Position numbers and translations under genes: made by a program | Shown: in pieces, positions 50,621 to 64,000 of the stretch | Position numbering within the stretch: the first letter of the stretch is position 1 | How the letters are laid out: each line of letters starts with the position of its first letter | The notes under the pieces: generated by a model | What the model was told of the DNA's origin: nothing | Database searches by the model: none | The model's input: the letters and a program-made list of their open reading frames with translations, nothing else | NCBI RefSeq assembly: GCF_009914755.1 | Contig: NC_060942.1 | Strand: one strand, 5' to 3' | From: the human T2T-CHM13v2.0 reference genome, Homo sapiens | Length of the DNA: 64,000 bases

Positions 50621-53600
50621 TCAATTCCCAGTTACCAGTGAGAACATGCAGTGTTTGGTTTTCTGTTCCTGTGTTAGTTTGCTGAGAATGATAGTTTCCA
50701 GCTTCACCCATAACCCTGCAAAGGACATGAACTCATTCTTTTTTATGGCTGCATAGTATTCCATGGTGTATATGTGCCACATTTTCTTTATCGAGTCTAA
50801 CATTGATGGGCATTTGGGTTGGTCCCAAGTCTTTGCTATTGTGAATAGTGCTGCAATAAACATATGTTTCCATGTGTCTTTATAGTAGAATGATTTATAA
50901 TCCTTTGGGTATATAACCAGTAATGGGATTTCTGGGTCAAATGGTATTTCTAGTGCTAGATCCTTGAGGAATCCCCACACTGTCTTTCACAATGGTTGAA
51001 CTAATTTACACTCCCACCCACAGTGTAAAAGTGTTCCTATTTCTCTACATCCTCTCCAGCATCTATTGTTTCCTCACTTTTTAATGATTGCCATTCTAAC
51101 TGGCGTGAGATGGTATCTCATTGTGGATTTGATTTGCATTTCTCTAATGACCAGTGATGATGAGTTTTTGTTCATCTATTTGTTGGCTGCATAAATGTCT
51201 TCTTTTGAGAAGTGTCTGTTCATATCCTTCGCCCACCTTTTGATGGGGTTGTTTGTTTGTTTTTCTTGTAAATTTGTTTAAGTTCCTTGTAGATTCTGGA
51301 TATTAGCCCTTTGTCAGATGGATAGATTGCAAAAATTTTCTCCCATTCTGTAGGCTGCCTGTTCACTCTGATGCTAGTTTCTTTTGCTGTGCAGAAGTTC
51401 TTTAGCTTAATTAGATCCCATTTGTCAATTTTGGCTTCTGTTGCCATTGTTTTTGGTGTTTCAGTCATGAAGTCTTTACCTATGCCTGTATCCTGAATGG
51501 CATTGCCTAGGTTTTTTTCTAGGGTTTTTATGGTTTTAGGTTTTATGTTTAAGTCTTTAATCCATCTTGAGTTAATTTTTGTATAAGGTGTAAGGAAGGG
51601 GTCCATTTTCAGTTTTCTGCATATGGCTAGAGAGTTTTCACACCATTTATTAAAAAGGGAATCCTTTCCTCATTGCTTGATTTTTGTCAGGTTTTTCAAA
51701 GATCAGATGGTTGCATATGTGTGGTGGTATTTCTGAGGTTCCTTTGGTTTATATATCTATTTTTGTACCAGTACCATGCTGTTTTGGTTACTGTAGACTT
51801 GTGATTTTTGCACATTGATTTTGTATGCTGAGACTTTGCTGAAGTTGCTTATCAGCTTAAGGAGTTTTGGGGCTGAGACAGTGGGGTTTTCTAAATACAC
51901 AATCATGTCATCTGCAAACAGAGTTAATCTGATTTCCTCTATTGCTATTTGAATGTCCTTTATTTCCTTCTCTTACCTGATTGTCCTGGCCAGAACTTCC
52001 AATACTATGTTGAATAGAAGTGGTGAGAGAGGGCATCTTTGTCTTGTGCCGGTTTTCAAAGGGAATGCTTCCAGCTTTTGCCCATTCAGTATGATATTGG
52101 CTGTGGGTTTGTCATAAACAGCTGTTATTATTTTAAGGTATGTTCCATCAATATCTAGTTGATTTAGTGTTTTAGCATGAAGGGGTGTTGAATTTTATCA
52201 AAGGGCTTTTCTGCATCTATTGAGATAATCATGTGGTTTTCGTCATTGGTTCTGTTTATGTGATGGATTACATTTATTGATTTCTGTATGTTGAACCATC
52301 CTTGCATCCCAGGGATGAAGCTGACTTGATCGTGGTGGATAAGCTTTTTGATGTGCTGCTGGATTCAGTTTGCCAGTATTTTATTGAAGATTTTCCCACT
52401 GATGTTCATCAAGGATATTGGCCTGAAATTTCATTTTTTTGTTGTGTCTCTGCCAGGTTCTGCTATCAGGATGGTGCTAGCCTCATAAAATGAGTTAGGG
52501 ATAATTCCCTCTTTTTCTATTGTTTGGAATAGTTTCAGAATGAATGATACCAGCTCCTATTTTTACCTCTGGTAAAATTCAGCTGCGAATCCATTTCATC
52601 CTGGGCTGTAATTTTTGGTTGGTAGGTTATTAATTACTGCCACAAATTCAGAACTTGTTATTGGTCTATTTAGGGATTTGACTTCTTCCTGGTTTAGTCT
52701 TGGGTGGGTGTATGTGTCCAGGAATTTATCCATTTCATCTAGACTTTCTAGTTTATTTGCGTAAAGGTGTTTATAGTATTCCCTGATGGTAGTTTGTATT
52801 TCTGTGGGATCGGTGGTGATCTCCTCTTTATCATTTTTTATTGTGTCTATTTGATTCTTCTCTCTTTTCTTCTTTATTAATCTGGCTGGCAGTCTATCTA
52901 TTTTGTTAATTTTTTGAAAAAACGAGCTCCTGGATTCATTGATTTTTTGAAGGATTTTTTTGTGTCTCTATCTCCTTCAGTTCTGCTCTGATCTTAGTTA
53001 TTTCTTGTCATCTGCTATCTTTTGAATTTGTTTGCTCTTTCTTCTCTAGTTCTTTTAATTGTGATGTTAGAGTGTCGATTTTAGATCTTTCCCACTTTCT
53101 TCTGTGAGGGTTTAGTGCTATAAATTTCCCTCTAAACACTGCTTAACTGTGTCCCAGAGATTCTCATACATTGTGTCTTTTTTCTCATTGGTTTCAAATA
53201 ACTTATTTATTTCTGCTTTAATTTCATTGTTTACCCATTAGTCATTCAGAAGCAGGTTGTTCAGTTTCCATGTAGTTGTGCAGTTTTGAGTGAGCTTCTT
53301 AATCCTGAGTTCTAATTTGATTGCACTGTGGTCTGAGACACTGTTTGTTATGATTTCTGTTCTCTTGCATTTGCTGGGGAGTGTTTTACTTCCAATTATA
53401 TGGTTGATTTTAGAATAAGTGCTATGTGGTGCTGAGAAGAATGTATACTCTGTTGATTTGAGGTAGATGTCTATTAGTGCCACTTGGTCCAGAGCTGAGT
53501 TCAAGTCCTGAATATCCTTCTTTATTTTCTCTCTCATTGATTTGTCTAATATTGATAGTGGGGTGTTAAAATCTCCCACTATTATTGTATGGGAGTCTGA

Positions 53601-53995
53601 GTCTCTTTGTATGTGTCTAAGAACTTGCTTTATGAATTTGGGTGCTCCTATATTGGGTGCATATATATTTAAGATAGCTTTTCTTGTTGCATTGATCCCT
53701 TTACATTATGTAATACTCTTCTTTGTCTTTTTTTATTTTTGTTGGTTTAAAGTCTGTTTTATCAGAGACTAGGATTGCAACCCCTGCTTTTTTTTCTTTC
53801 CACAGTAAATATTCCTCCATCTCTTTATTTTGAGCCTGTGTGTGTGTCTTTGCACGTGAGATGGGTCTCCTGAATACAGCACACCAATGGGTGTTGACTC
53901 TGTATCCAATTTGCCAGCCTGTGCCTTTTAATTGGGGTATTTAGCCAGTTTACCTTTAAGGTTAATAATGTTATGTGTGAATTTGATCCTGTCAT
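50621..53995 (-). pseudogene. Disrupted L1 ORF2 (endonuclease/reverse transcriptase)
   Basis: Sense start 'atgacaggatcaaattcacac' at 53995. Fragments GDFNTPLS...SDHSAIKLEL (endonuclease), [19 protein letters not shown] and the C-terminal MFIAALFTIAKTW. Broken by stops, frameshifts and a deletion. Confidence 0.92.
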
Positions 53996-54058
53996 TATGA
54001 TGCTAGCTGGTAATTTTGCCTGTTAGTTGATGCAGTTTCTTCATAGTGTTGATGGTCT

Positions 54059-55066
54059 TTACAACTTGGTTTGTTTTGCAGTGGCTGGTACTGGTTTTCC
54101 CTTTCCATATTTAGTGCTTCCTTCAGGAGCTCTTGTAAGGAAGGTCTCGTCATGACAAACTCTCTCAGCATTTTCTTGTCTATAAAGGATTTTATTTCTC
54201 CTTCACTTACGAAGCTTAGTTTGGCTGGATATGAAATTCTTGGTTGAAAATTCTTTTCTTTAAGCCTCACTCTCTTCTGGCTTGTAGGGTTTCCGCAGAG
54301 AGATCTGTATTAGTTTGAAGGAGTTCCCTTTGTGGGTAACTCGACCTTTCTCTCTGGCTGCCCTTAACATTTTTTCCTTCATTTCAACCTTGGTGAATCT
54401 GACAATTATGTGTCTTGGGGTTGCTCTTCTCGAGGAGTGTCTTTGTGGTGTTCTCTGTATTTCCTGAATTTGAATGTTGGCCTGTCTTGCTAGGTTGGGG
54501 AAGTTCTCCTGGATCATATTCTGAAGACTGTTTTCCAACTTGGTTCCATTCTCCCTGTCACTTTCAGGTACACTAATCAAACGTAGGTTTGCTGTTTTTA
54601 CATAGGCTCATATTTCTTGGAGGCTTTGTTTTTTCCTTTTCATTCTTTTTTTTTCTAATCTTGTCTTCACACTTTATTTCATTAAGTTGATCTTTAATCT
54701 CTGATATCCTTTCTTCTGCTTGATTGATTTGGCTATTGATATTTGTGTATGCTTCACAAAGTTCTCATGCTGTGTTTTTCAGCTCCATCAGGCCATTTAT
54801 GTTCTTCTAAAAACTGATTATTCTAGTTGGCAATTCCTCTAACCTTTTATCAAGCTTCTTAGCTTCCTTGCATTGGATTAGAACATGCTTCTTTAGCTCA
54901 GAGGATTTGTTATTACCCACCTTCTGAAGCCTATTTCTGTCAATTCGTCAAACTCATTCTCTGTCCAGTTTTGTTCCCTTGCTGGCAAGGAGTTGTAATC
55001 CTTTGGAGGAGAATAGACATTCTGGTTTTTGGAATTTTCAGCCTTTTTGTGCTGGTTTATCCTCAT
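54059..55066 (-). pseudogene. Disrupted L1 ORF1 (RNA-binding protein)
   Basis: Sense start 'atgaggataaaccagcac' at 55066. Fragments VPESDRENGTKLEN...QENFPNLARQANIQIQEIQRTP and LKEKNFQPRISYPAKLSF. Frameshifted. Confidence 0.92.
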
Positions 55067-56449
55067 CTTTGTGGATTTATCTATCTTTGATCTTTGCTGT
55101 TGGTGACCTTCGGATGAAGTTTTTGCGTGGTCATCCTTTTTGTTGATGTTGATGCTATTGCTTTCTGTTTGTTAGTTTTCCTTCTAACAGTCAGGCCCCT
55201 CTTCTGCAAATCTGCTGGAGTTTGCTAGGGATCCACTCCAACCCTGTTTGCCTGGGTATCACCAGCAGAGGCTGCAGAACAGCAGAGATTGCTGCCTGCT
55301 CCTTCCTCTGGAAACTTTATCCCAGAGGGGCACCTGCCAGATGCCAGCCAGAGTTCTCCTGTATGAGGTGTCTGTCGACCCCTGCTGGGAGGCATCTCCC
55401 CATCAGGAGGCATGGAGGTCAGGGACCCACTTGAGGCAGTCTTTCCCTTAGCAGAGCTCAAGCACTGTGCTGGGAGATCCGCTGCTCTTTTCAGAGCTGG
55501 CAGGCAGGAACTTTTAAGTCTGCTGAAGCTGTGCCCACAGCTGCCCCTTCTCCCAGGTGCTCTGTCCCAGGGACATGAGAGTTTTATCTATAAGCCCCTG
55601 ACTGGGGCTGCTGCCTTTCTTTCAGAGATGTCCTGCCCAGAGAGGAGGAATCTAGACAGGCAATCTGGCTGCAGCAGCTTTGTGGTGCTCAGGTGGGCTC
55701 TGCCCAGTTCGAACTCCCTGGCTTTGTTTACACTGTGAGGGGAAAACTGCGTACTCAAGCTTCAGTAATGGCAGATGCCCCTCCCTGCACTGAGCTCTAG
55801 TATCCCAGGTTGACTTCAGACTACTGTGCTCACAGTGAGAATTTCAAGCCAGTGGATCTTAGCTTGCTGGGCTCTGTAGGGGTGGGATCAGCTGAGCAAG
55901 ATCACTTGGCTCCCTGGCTTCAGTCCCCTTTCTAGGGGAGTGAATGGTTCTGTCTTGCTGGCATTCCAGGTGCCACTGGGGTATTAAAAAAAAACTCCTG
56001 CAGCTAGTTTGGTGTCTGCCCAAACGGTTGCCCAGTTTTGTGCTTGAAACCCAGGGCCCGTGTGGTGTAGGCACCAGAGGGAATCTTCTGGTCTTTCGGT
56101 TGCGAAGACCATGAGAAAAGTGTAGTATCTGGGCCGGATAGCACCTTCCCTCATGGCATGGTCCCTCATGGCTTCCCTTGGCTAGGGGAGGGAGTTCCCT
56201 GACTCCTTGCGCTTCCTGGGTGAGGCAACGCCCCACCCTGCTTTGGCCCACCCTCCATGGGCTGCACCTACTGTCTAACCAGTCCCAGTGAGATGAGCCA
56301 GGTACCTCATTTGGAAATGCAGAAATCACCCACCTTCTGCATTGATCTTGCTGGGAGCTGCAGACTGGAGCTGCTCCTATTCAGCCATCTTTCAATATAT
56401 TTTCTATAGGTACTTTCATCTCTTAAAGCTATTTAAATTGTTCACCTAT

Positions 56450-56600
56450 TTAGATGCTGCCTCCCAAAGGATTTATTAGTTCTTAAGGGAAGGGGCTGTG
56501 TACTTTTCACATTTGTGTATTTCACCAAGTCTCACATGTGGCATTGTGCACTGTAGGTGTTAAAATAAATTTGTTACTTTTGATTGTATTGAATTAATTT
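56450..56600 (+). mobile_element. L2 3' end
   Basis: 'agttcttaagggaaggggctgtgtacttttcacatttgtgtatttcacc...tgcactgtaggtgttaaaataaatttgtt'. Confidence 0.6.
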
Positions 56601-56938
56601 GCCTGGATTTGATTTTATAATAGGTCTAGGAGGATTTTCATACGCAGATAATGCCTTTCATTCTTCTATGAGTATAATTGCATAATTCCGTCATATTTTT
56701 CCTCACTGGAGATTTGGAGGGAGCAAATTGTTCTAGAATCAAAATAGTTGGTCTTTACAAGAGAAAGGCACAATTTAAAATAGATGATTACTTACTATTA
56801 AAATAAAAACTAAGAAAAATCTCACATTTAAACAACTTTACTTTTTGTCTACAGCAGTCAAGATGTTGTTAAGAATAATAATTGTAAAGCCTTTTAACAA
56901 CTTCTTATATAAAGTAGTTGGCAGAAATAAATATTTAA

Positions 56939-57367
<429 letters not shown>

Positions 57368-58285
57368 ATATTTCTACATAAGGAAGAAAAATGGGCAAAG
57401 AAATTACCTAGCAAAATAATAATACAGGTTGTTTATTGCCATCAATTTAGCTCAAGCAAGCTTTTATTTTTTTGTTATTGCATTGTTTTGGCATTACCAA
57501 TTATTTAATAAATATTCCACTTTATCAGTATCTATAACAATGCTATTACAGACAGTAGGGTGAAGGGGAGCAGAGAGTGAATGCAGGAGATGTGGAACTC
57601 GGAGCTGACTTCAGAGTTTACAGTCAGATTGGGGAGGTGACATGTAGGATAGAACCAGGTATTCTTATGACTCATGAAGAAACAGTGTTCTGATGTGAAT
57701 TATACAGGCAGTGGTTCACTGGGAATATCTACTGGAAGCAGCTAAGATATGAACTGAACTTCATTTAAGTAATTTGTCAATTCATTTGACAAATTCCCTT
57801 ACTTGATTTAACAAATGAAGTAAGGGAAGTAAAATAGACCAGACCAAGAAGATTGCTCCATTTCCTATACGGTCTACAAACAGAGCTTTTACCATTTAGT
57901 TGCCATTAAAACAGTCCACAACAAATTGAATGAAAGGAAAATTTTAATTCTTTACTCAATTTATCCAAACTACATAGACACTTAGCTTTTCAAAGTAATA
58001 GTTTCTTAGTCTATTTCATTAATTCCAAAGGATGCTAAATTGTTTCAAGGATGAACCTGAGGAGAAGTTTTGCTGCTTAGGGAGATTTTCTTAAATCCTG
58101 CTAGTGACTGCTGATATCACGATATCCACGTGGCCATGCAATTGTGAAACCTCTGTGTCATATGCTTGGATGTGTTTGCTGCACAGTCATACTAGAAAAG
58201 ATTTGGACATCACTTCCCACACTTTTTAGTATAGAAAGATTTCTAAGAATTAGGGTTTTGAAAAGAGGTAAATATTTAATGTAGA

Positions 58286-58286
<1 letters not shown>

Positions 58287-58322
<36 letters not shown>
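58287..58322. repeat. (CA)18 microsatellite
   Basis: Uninterrupted 36-bp run. Confidence 0.97.
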
Positions 58323-58326
<4 letters not shown>

Positions 58327-59534
58327 TGCATACAAACATATAAAGATACTTTATTTGAAAAGATCTAAATTTTAATGAGTACTTACCCGATGCTGGTCCC
58401 AAGATGTTCATTCTGGCTCCAGGAATGGATTCCTGTGCTTATCTTAAAGAAAAGCCAAGGAAGGTAGAAACTTAACGGAGGCCCCTTTTTTAGTTAGTAC
58501 TACAGCTGGAATTTGGTCCCAACTCTGATCCATGCTTTATGATGAGATCTCTTTCTGTTTATTGGGTCACTTACAATTAAAACAAGGAAATTAAAAGGCA
58601 ACCAAACTATAAATAATAAAAAATTGATGGCACTGTTTATATTTTGTTAAAGAGGAAGAGAGTATTTCCTGTGAGGCTGAGGTGCTTTAGAAAATGTTAG
58701 ATGAAGGCTCAGATTTTGAAGCTCAGGGATATTTGAGAATGGAATAATCCTGCAATAAGCCAGCATGCCAGAAAATGTAATTATTTTTCCTCTTTTTTAC
58801 TTATTTTTGGCACTATTAACAATTGTAGAATTTATTATAGATACCATAAGTGCCTTGCCATCAAGTGGATTACCTGTGGAGAAGACAAATGTGAATATAA
58901 ATTAGGATGGAAGAAGTCAATGGGAATCTGGAAACTGGAATCAGCATTTTATCCTCCCTCCACTGAGATCACATAAAAATGAGTAAGCACATCCTGCTTC
59001 CCCCTTTCTCTGCATGCTGTCTTAGCAACATAAACACTAATTGGTTGCTATAGTGATCTCAAGTTTGTAACTAGACCTGAGATATCTAGTTAACAGTGTC
59101 TAAAGGTGAGAAGATGAATGCCTCTGCTGTGGGGTTTTGTAGGGTGATGGTCTGGGGTATGAAAACTGGCAAATGTAGCCTCAGCTCCGAAAGCCTGGTA
59201 AATTTGTTAATTTTATTCTCATCATGTCTGACTAGTTCAATTCATCTACCTACAGAGGCTGGAGTGCCTTCATATAAGCTGGTCTCTGAAGTTGACAACT
59301 TCCATAAACTTGCAGTCAATGAGAAATACCAGTTATGGGCAGAATTTAGCACTTAATACACTTTTTATTTTATTGCTGAAAAGAGTTCAGCAGCACTAAG
59401 ATGATTTAAGCCATCAATGAGATGCAGTGGAAACAGCCTAGTAAAATCATAGTCAGCCTGTGCCTCTTCTCCATGACTCACGGGTTTATTAAGAAATCTC
59501 ATTCTTTAGGGCCCAGAGGATGAACAGCATTCCT

Positions 59535-59735
59535 CTAAGTCAAGACCCTTGTACTTTAATTGGTGGCTGCCACCAATCAGCCACAGAGCGTGTCACGCAA
59601 CCTTTCCAGGTCTCCCTTTCCTCATTTATGAAGGAGATGATAACTGGGCCTCCCTCCCAGGGCTGTTATGGGGATTAAGGATTGAATTATTCTAAAGTAC
59701 TTTGCAAATACAAGTGTTATATAAATGCTAAATAC
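59535..59735 (+). mobile_element. MIR
   Basis: 'tttcctcatttatgaaggagatgataac...cctcccagggctgttatggggattaa...aaagtactttgcaaatacaagtgttatataaatgcta'. Confidence 0.7.
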
Positions 59736-60018
59736 TAACCTATGGCTTTGATTTCATTAGCGCTTCCCATTTGAAAGTTATAAGGTGAATTCAATAGTAT
59801 AATGTTCAACAGAGAACTCTTCTCTGTAAAAAAGTAAATATACACATATGTATGTATATGTGCATAGATATAAGTACATTTATATGTGTGTGTCTGTTGG
59901 TATACATAATTATTATGTTTGCTTTTTTAATTAGTGATTACCTAGATATTGAATAGGACTTTTTCTATAGTCCTAGAATTGGCAAGTGGCCACAAAAGGA
60001 CAGAAAAAGAGTTATCAT

Positions 60019-61095
60019 GTAACTATTAGGGGGTGGGAAACCCTTGCAGATCGTATTCGGAAACAGAAGAGCAGGGTCAGCTACTCTCCCATCACATTTT
60101 CTCTACTCTCCTCCCTCAGCCTATAAGAAAGAGAAGGAGAGGTCAGGGGGTTTATTTAGGATGTAAGTAAGAAAAAGAGTGCAGGGATTCTTCTGTCTCT
60201 ACCTCAAGTCAAGGGAAAATGGAAGGCTATGCATCTACCCCACTGAAAGTATGGTGCTAAAGGTCTCAAAGGGAATCACTGAGAGGAGGACATAGCAGGA
60301 AGAAGAGGTATCTCTTTCTTTTTAATTTGTTGGACATATGTGTGGGCTGGGTTTCTGTGACTATTAATGCGGGGAAAATTGGAGAGGACAGACTGGAGAG
60401 AAGGGGCTTCAATGAAGGGCTTGCAGTCCTGCTATTTGGCTTGGCATGAGTATGAGTATCTCTTGGGTGAAGAGGAAGTATGAAAGGTAGTCATGTTTGA
60501 GCCATCTTGCCAGTAGTCAACCCAAAAGAGCTGGCTAATGGGAGAGGAGACTCCAGCAGCAAGTGGCTGTTGGGCAGACTTATGGGACCTGGAGCGGAGA
60601 AGTTCTGGTGAGGTCACAACACACTGGATCACTGGCATCAGAAACTATGCAGTGAAGAGTTCCAGTAAGATTCCACAAAGAACTCATACTCAAGTCACAC
60701 AGTAGAATGAACATCTGCATGCCTGCTGCACTGAGGCAATCGTACTGTATTTTGGCCATTTTCAGCCTCTCTTCTCCCTCTTCTTCACAACTGAAGAGTA
60801 GATATCAAAAGGAAGAAAAAGTAGAGGGTACCGTGTCCTAGACTAAGACTCCTCTATGTTCCTAATCATTAAGTCTCAAACTCATCTACCTCAGGGAGAG
60901 TGAGAGGAAAGGAGCATTAAGTTCCATATGAGATTTAAATTTGACACTAAATGGGAATGGGCTTTTTAGAGCTTAAATGCTTGGAAGGCGATTAGATTGA
61001 CCAGAAACATCATGGGCATGATGCAAAAGGGAGATTTGACAATGTCTGGGTAAAGGCAGTGATTGGGAAAAAATAAACCTGCTTTCTGGCCATTT
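60019..61095 (+). mobile_element. Possible ancient LTR (MamGyp-like), tentative
   Basis: ~1.1-kb purine-rich block starting 'tgtaac' with 'aataaacctgctttc' near its end. General resemblance only. Confidence 0.3.
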
Positions 61096-61117
61096 AATAA
61101 AAATATACATGTAACAT

Positions 61118-61552
<435 letters not shown>

Positions 61553-62022
61553 TCAGTTCTTTAATAAAAACAAAAATACACAACATGGACCACAAAAAAT
61601 AGGCACTCTCTTTGTTCCTGCTTTGAGCTCAGGCCTTTATGTGTATACTCACCTCCTAAAACAAAAGGGCTAAAAATAACACGCAACAATCACAAACAGA
61701 TGAAAAACTGAAAAAAGAGAAAAACTCCAAATAAAAGGTTAGTTCAATTTTTAAAATCAAAATACACATTACGGAACACAAAAAACAACCATGCTTATAT
61801 AATCTGAACAATCTGGAATTTGTTAGGCAGCTGGGCTCATTAGGCAAAGTAAGGGATCATCAAAGTGATATCACTATTCATTTATAGTGAGAAATGAAGT
61901 AGAAACTTGAGAGCCTAAACAGAGTACAGCAAGGAGGCAGATGTCACAATTCAGTACAGCACATATTTATATTTTTTATTTTCATTACAATGAAATGAAT
62001 ATTTTGAACATTTAAAAAAAAA

Positions 62023-62488
62023 TTTATTTTACTTTAAGTTTCAAGATACACGTGAAGGATGTGCAGGTTTGTTACACAGGTAAACATATGCCATGGTGGT
62101 TTGCTGCACCTATCAACCCATTGCCTAGGTATTAAACCCCATATGTATTAGCTATTTATCCTGATGGTCTTCCTCCCCCACTTTCCTGACAGGCCTCAGT
62201 GTATGTTGTTACCCTCCCTGTGTCCATATGTTCTCATTGTTCAGCTGCCACTTATAAGTGAGAACATGTGGTGTTTGGTTTTCTGTTCCTGTGTTAGTTT
62301 GCTGGGGATAATGGCTTCCAGCTCCATCTATGTCCCTGCAAAGGACGTGATTTCATTCCTTTTTATGAGTGCATAGTATTCCATGGTGTATATGTGCCAC
62401 ATTTTCTTTATCCAGTCTATCACTGATGGGCATTTGGGTTGAGTCCATGTCTTTGCTATTGTGAATAGTGCTGCAAATGAACATACAC
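62023..62488 (-). mobile_element. 5'-truncated L1PA (L1PA8-11-like) 3' end
   Basis: 'ttttactttaagtttcaagatacacgtgaaggatgtgcaggtttgttacacaggtaaac...gcatagtattccatggtgtatatgtgccac...gtgaatagtgctgc'. Confidence 0.92.
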
Positions 62489-62619
62489 TTGGTTTTGATT
62501 CATTATTTAGACTGGCACTCTCATCTCTTAGTGTTTAATTAGTATGATGATCTTCATGATATAACTGAGAATAAAATGGCCAGTGATTTGTATGTAAACA
62601 GAAAATTTTGAAAGGTGGT

Positions 62620-62795
62620 ACTAATAGATGCTTGGTATATGACCAATGCACCTTTAAGAAATTTACATAGGTTATGTTACTTAATGCTCACAAAAAGTAT
62701 AGGAGGTAGGTACTGTTGTTTCTGTGTAATAGAGGAGGAAACTGGGGCCCCCAAATTTTAAGTGGCTAGCCAAAAACACAGTGATAGTGTGATTG
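62620..62795 (-). mobile_element. MIR
   Basis: 'ttaatgctcacaaaaagtataggaggtaggtactgttgttt...agaggaggaaactggggc'. Confidence 0.75.
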
Positions 62796-63456
62796 GCTTA
62801 ACTTGTTTTGTTGTCTAATTAAACAGACCTTTATAAATTCCATTGTTGAAGAGCAAATCATTAAAATGAAGACTTTTTTTATTGTTTCTTAAGGCATATA
62901 CCTTTGAACCTGCTTCATGATGTATGAATCATCTCTGTTCCTTAACCCTGTGGCTACTAATGCTGCTGGGTAAAATGAAAATTACACATCAAGGCAGATT
63001 GGGACCACTATAAATTGGTGACCAGCTATACCATAGCTCTGGTTTTACTGTCAATAGAGGAGGAAAGCCACATGCATAGTGAAGGCAACATTTGAAGTCT
63101 TTGAAAAGGGTCTATTTTTGTTGACTCACAAGCAAGACATTTGGTGATGTCCTAATCAGGCCATTTTATACTGTAATTTTTCTCATTGGAAATTATGTTT
63201 TCATGTGATTATAAAACATATTTTTAGGCAATCAAAATAATAATATTATATCATGATTGGAAAAATAGTCTCAAAAATATCTCTCAACGTGTTTCCCTGA
63301 AGTGCAACAAATAAACAGGAAACAAATTTATTTGGTGATCCCAAGTAGAAACTAACCAAGCAAGATCCTTTACTGCAGGCCTTCTCAGGGCATTGAAAAT
63401 GCTAATGTGAATTTTGAGTCTTCTAGATGGGATATGATGCATCTCAATGTGTTTCT

Positions 63457-63585
63457 TGTTCATTTATTATTCATTCAGCAAATATGTATTGAGTGCCTAT
63501 TTCGTGCTAGGTGATACTCTGGGCATTGGGGTTCAGCGGCCAACAGGACAGACAGACTGCCTAATAAAACCCACTCCAGTGTATG
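63457..63585 (-). mobile_element. L2 3' end
   Basis: 'ttcattcagcaaatatgtattgagtgcctatttcgtgctagg...ctctgggcattgggg'. Confidence 0.8.
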
Positions 63586-64000
63586 ATGCTGACCTACAGT
63601 GGCGGAATAGGATAGCTGCTTATCTTTCTGTTATTTCAGGCCAAGGAAAATGTTAACTAGAGAAACATTTGTGAGAAGAAGAGGGGATTATCAGCAGGAA
63701 GCCAGGCATCTGCCTACCTTTTCCCTTTCTGATAATTAACCATCATCTCCTTACTTTCTCATCTTCTTTGTATTGATCTTTCATCATATAATGGCCACAA
63801 ATAGCAAAAGGAAGGCTTAATAACAAACCTTAAAATGAATAAATAATTACAGCCACTAATCTTCCTCAGCCAACTGATTATTTGTTTAGTGACACTATTA
63901 CATAAAACGAGGTTTACATAATTTAAAAGAACATCGTCATGCAGTTTTTAGAGCTTTTTTTCTATTTGTCCTTGCTTTTGATACCCTTTAAAAAGCAATA

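Larger units (their letters stand above)
50400..56391 (-). mobile_element. Near-full-length primate L1 (L1PA6-8-like, probably L1PA7), inactive, with a ~0.4-kb internal ORF2 deletion
   Basis: Poly-T tail at 50400, 3'UTR, ORF2, ORF1 and 5'UTR. The sense 5' end reads 'aagatggctgaataggagcagctccagtctgcagctcccagcaagatcaatgcagaaggtgggtg'. TSD core 'tttcaatat' at 50391-50399 and 56390-56398. Confidence 0.95.

Noticed and set aside
55222-56329. ORFs of 61-156 aa in the most GC-rich part of the window
   Set aside because: All lie inside the L1PA 5'UTR. This is neither a host gene nor a CpG-island promoter.

Overview
This looks like primate (human-like) non-coding genomic DNA: AT-rich, CpG-depleted, and either intergenic or deep inside a long intron. 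I find no convincing host protein-coding exon, structural RNA gene, CpG island or CRISPR array. The ORFs in the track are chance frames or pieces of Alu, L1, MaLR or low-complexity sequence. Much of the window is interspersed repeat: an MST-type MaLR (internal end plus 3' LTR), several old L1M 3' ends, one near-full-length but dead L1PA (about 50.4-56.4 kb, minus strand), five full Alus and one Alu stub, DNA transposon fossils (MER53, MER1A, Tigger4a, MER58B, MER5), MLT1 LTRs, many MIR and L2 fragments, and microsatellites. Subfamily names come from my recall of consensus sequences, not from a RepeatMasker run. The most notable unexplained structure is a ~140-bp direct repeat (99-bp core, 8 mismatches, offset 3333 bp) bracketing a 3.2-kb segment. 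Also notable are two acceptor-donor (AG|GTAAG) motifs resembling recursive splice sites, a dense homeodomain/POU/SOX motif cluster near 36.5 kb, a regular (C5N3)4 i-motif/G4 sequence, two clusters of overlapping inverted repeats, and a three-level nested transposon insertion. None of these amounts to a demonstrated new biological system; they are leads to check.
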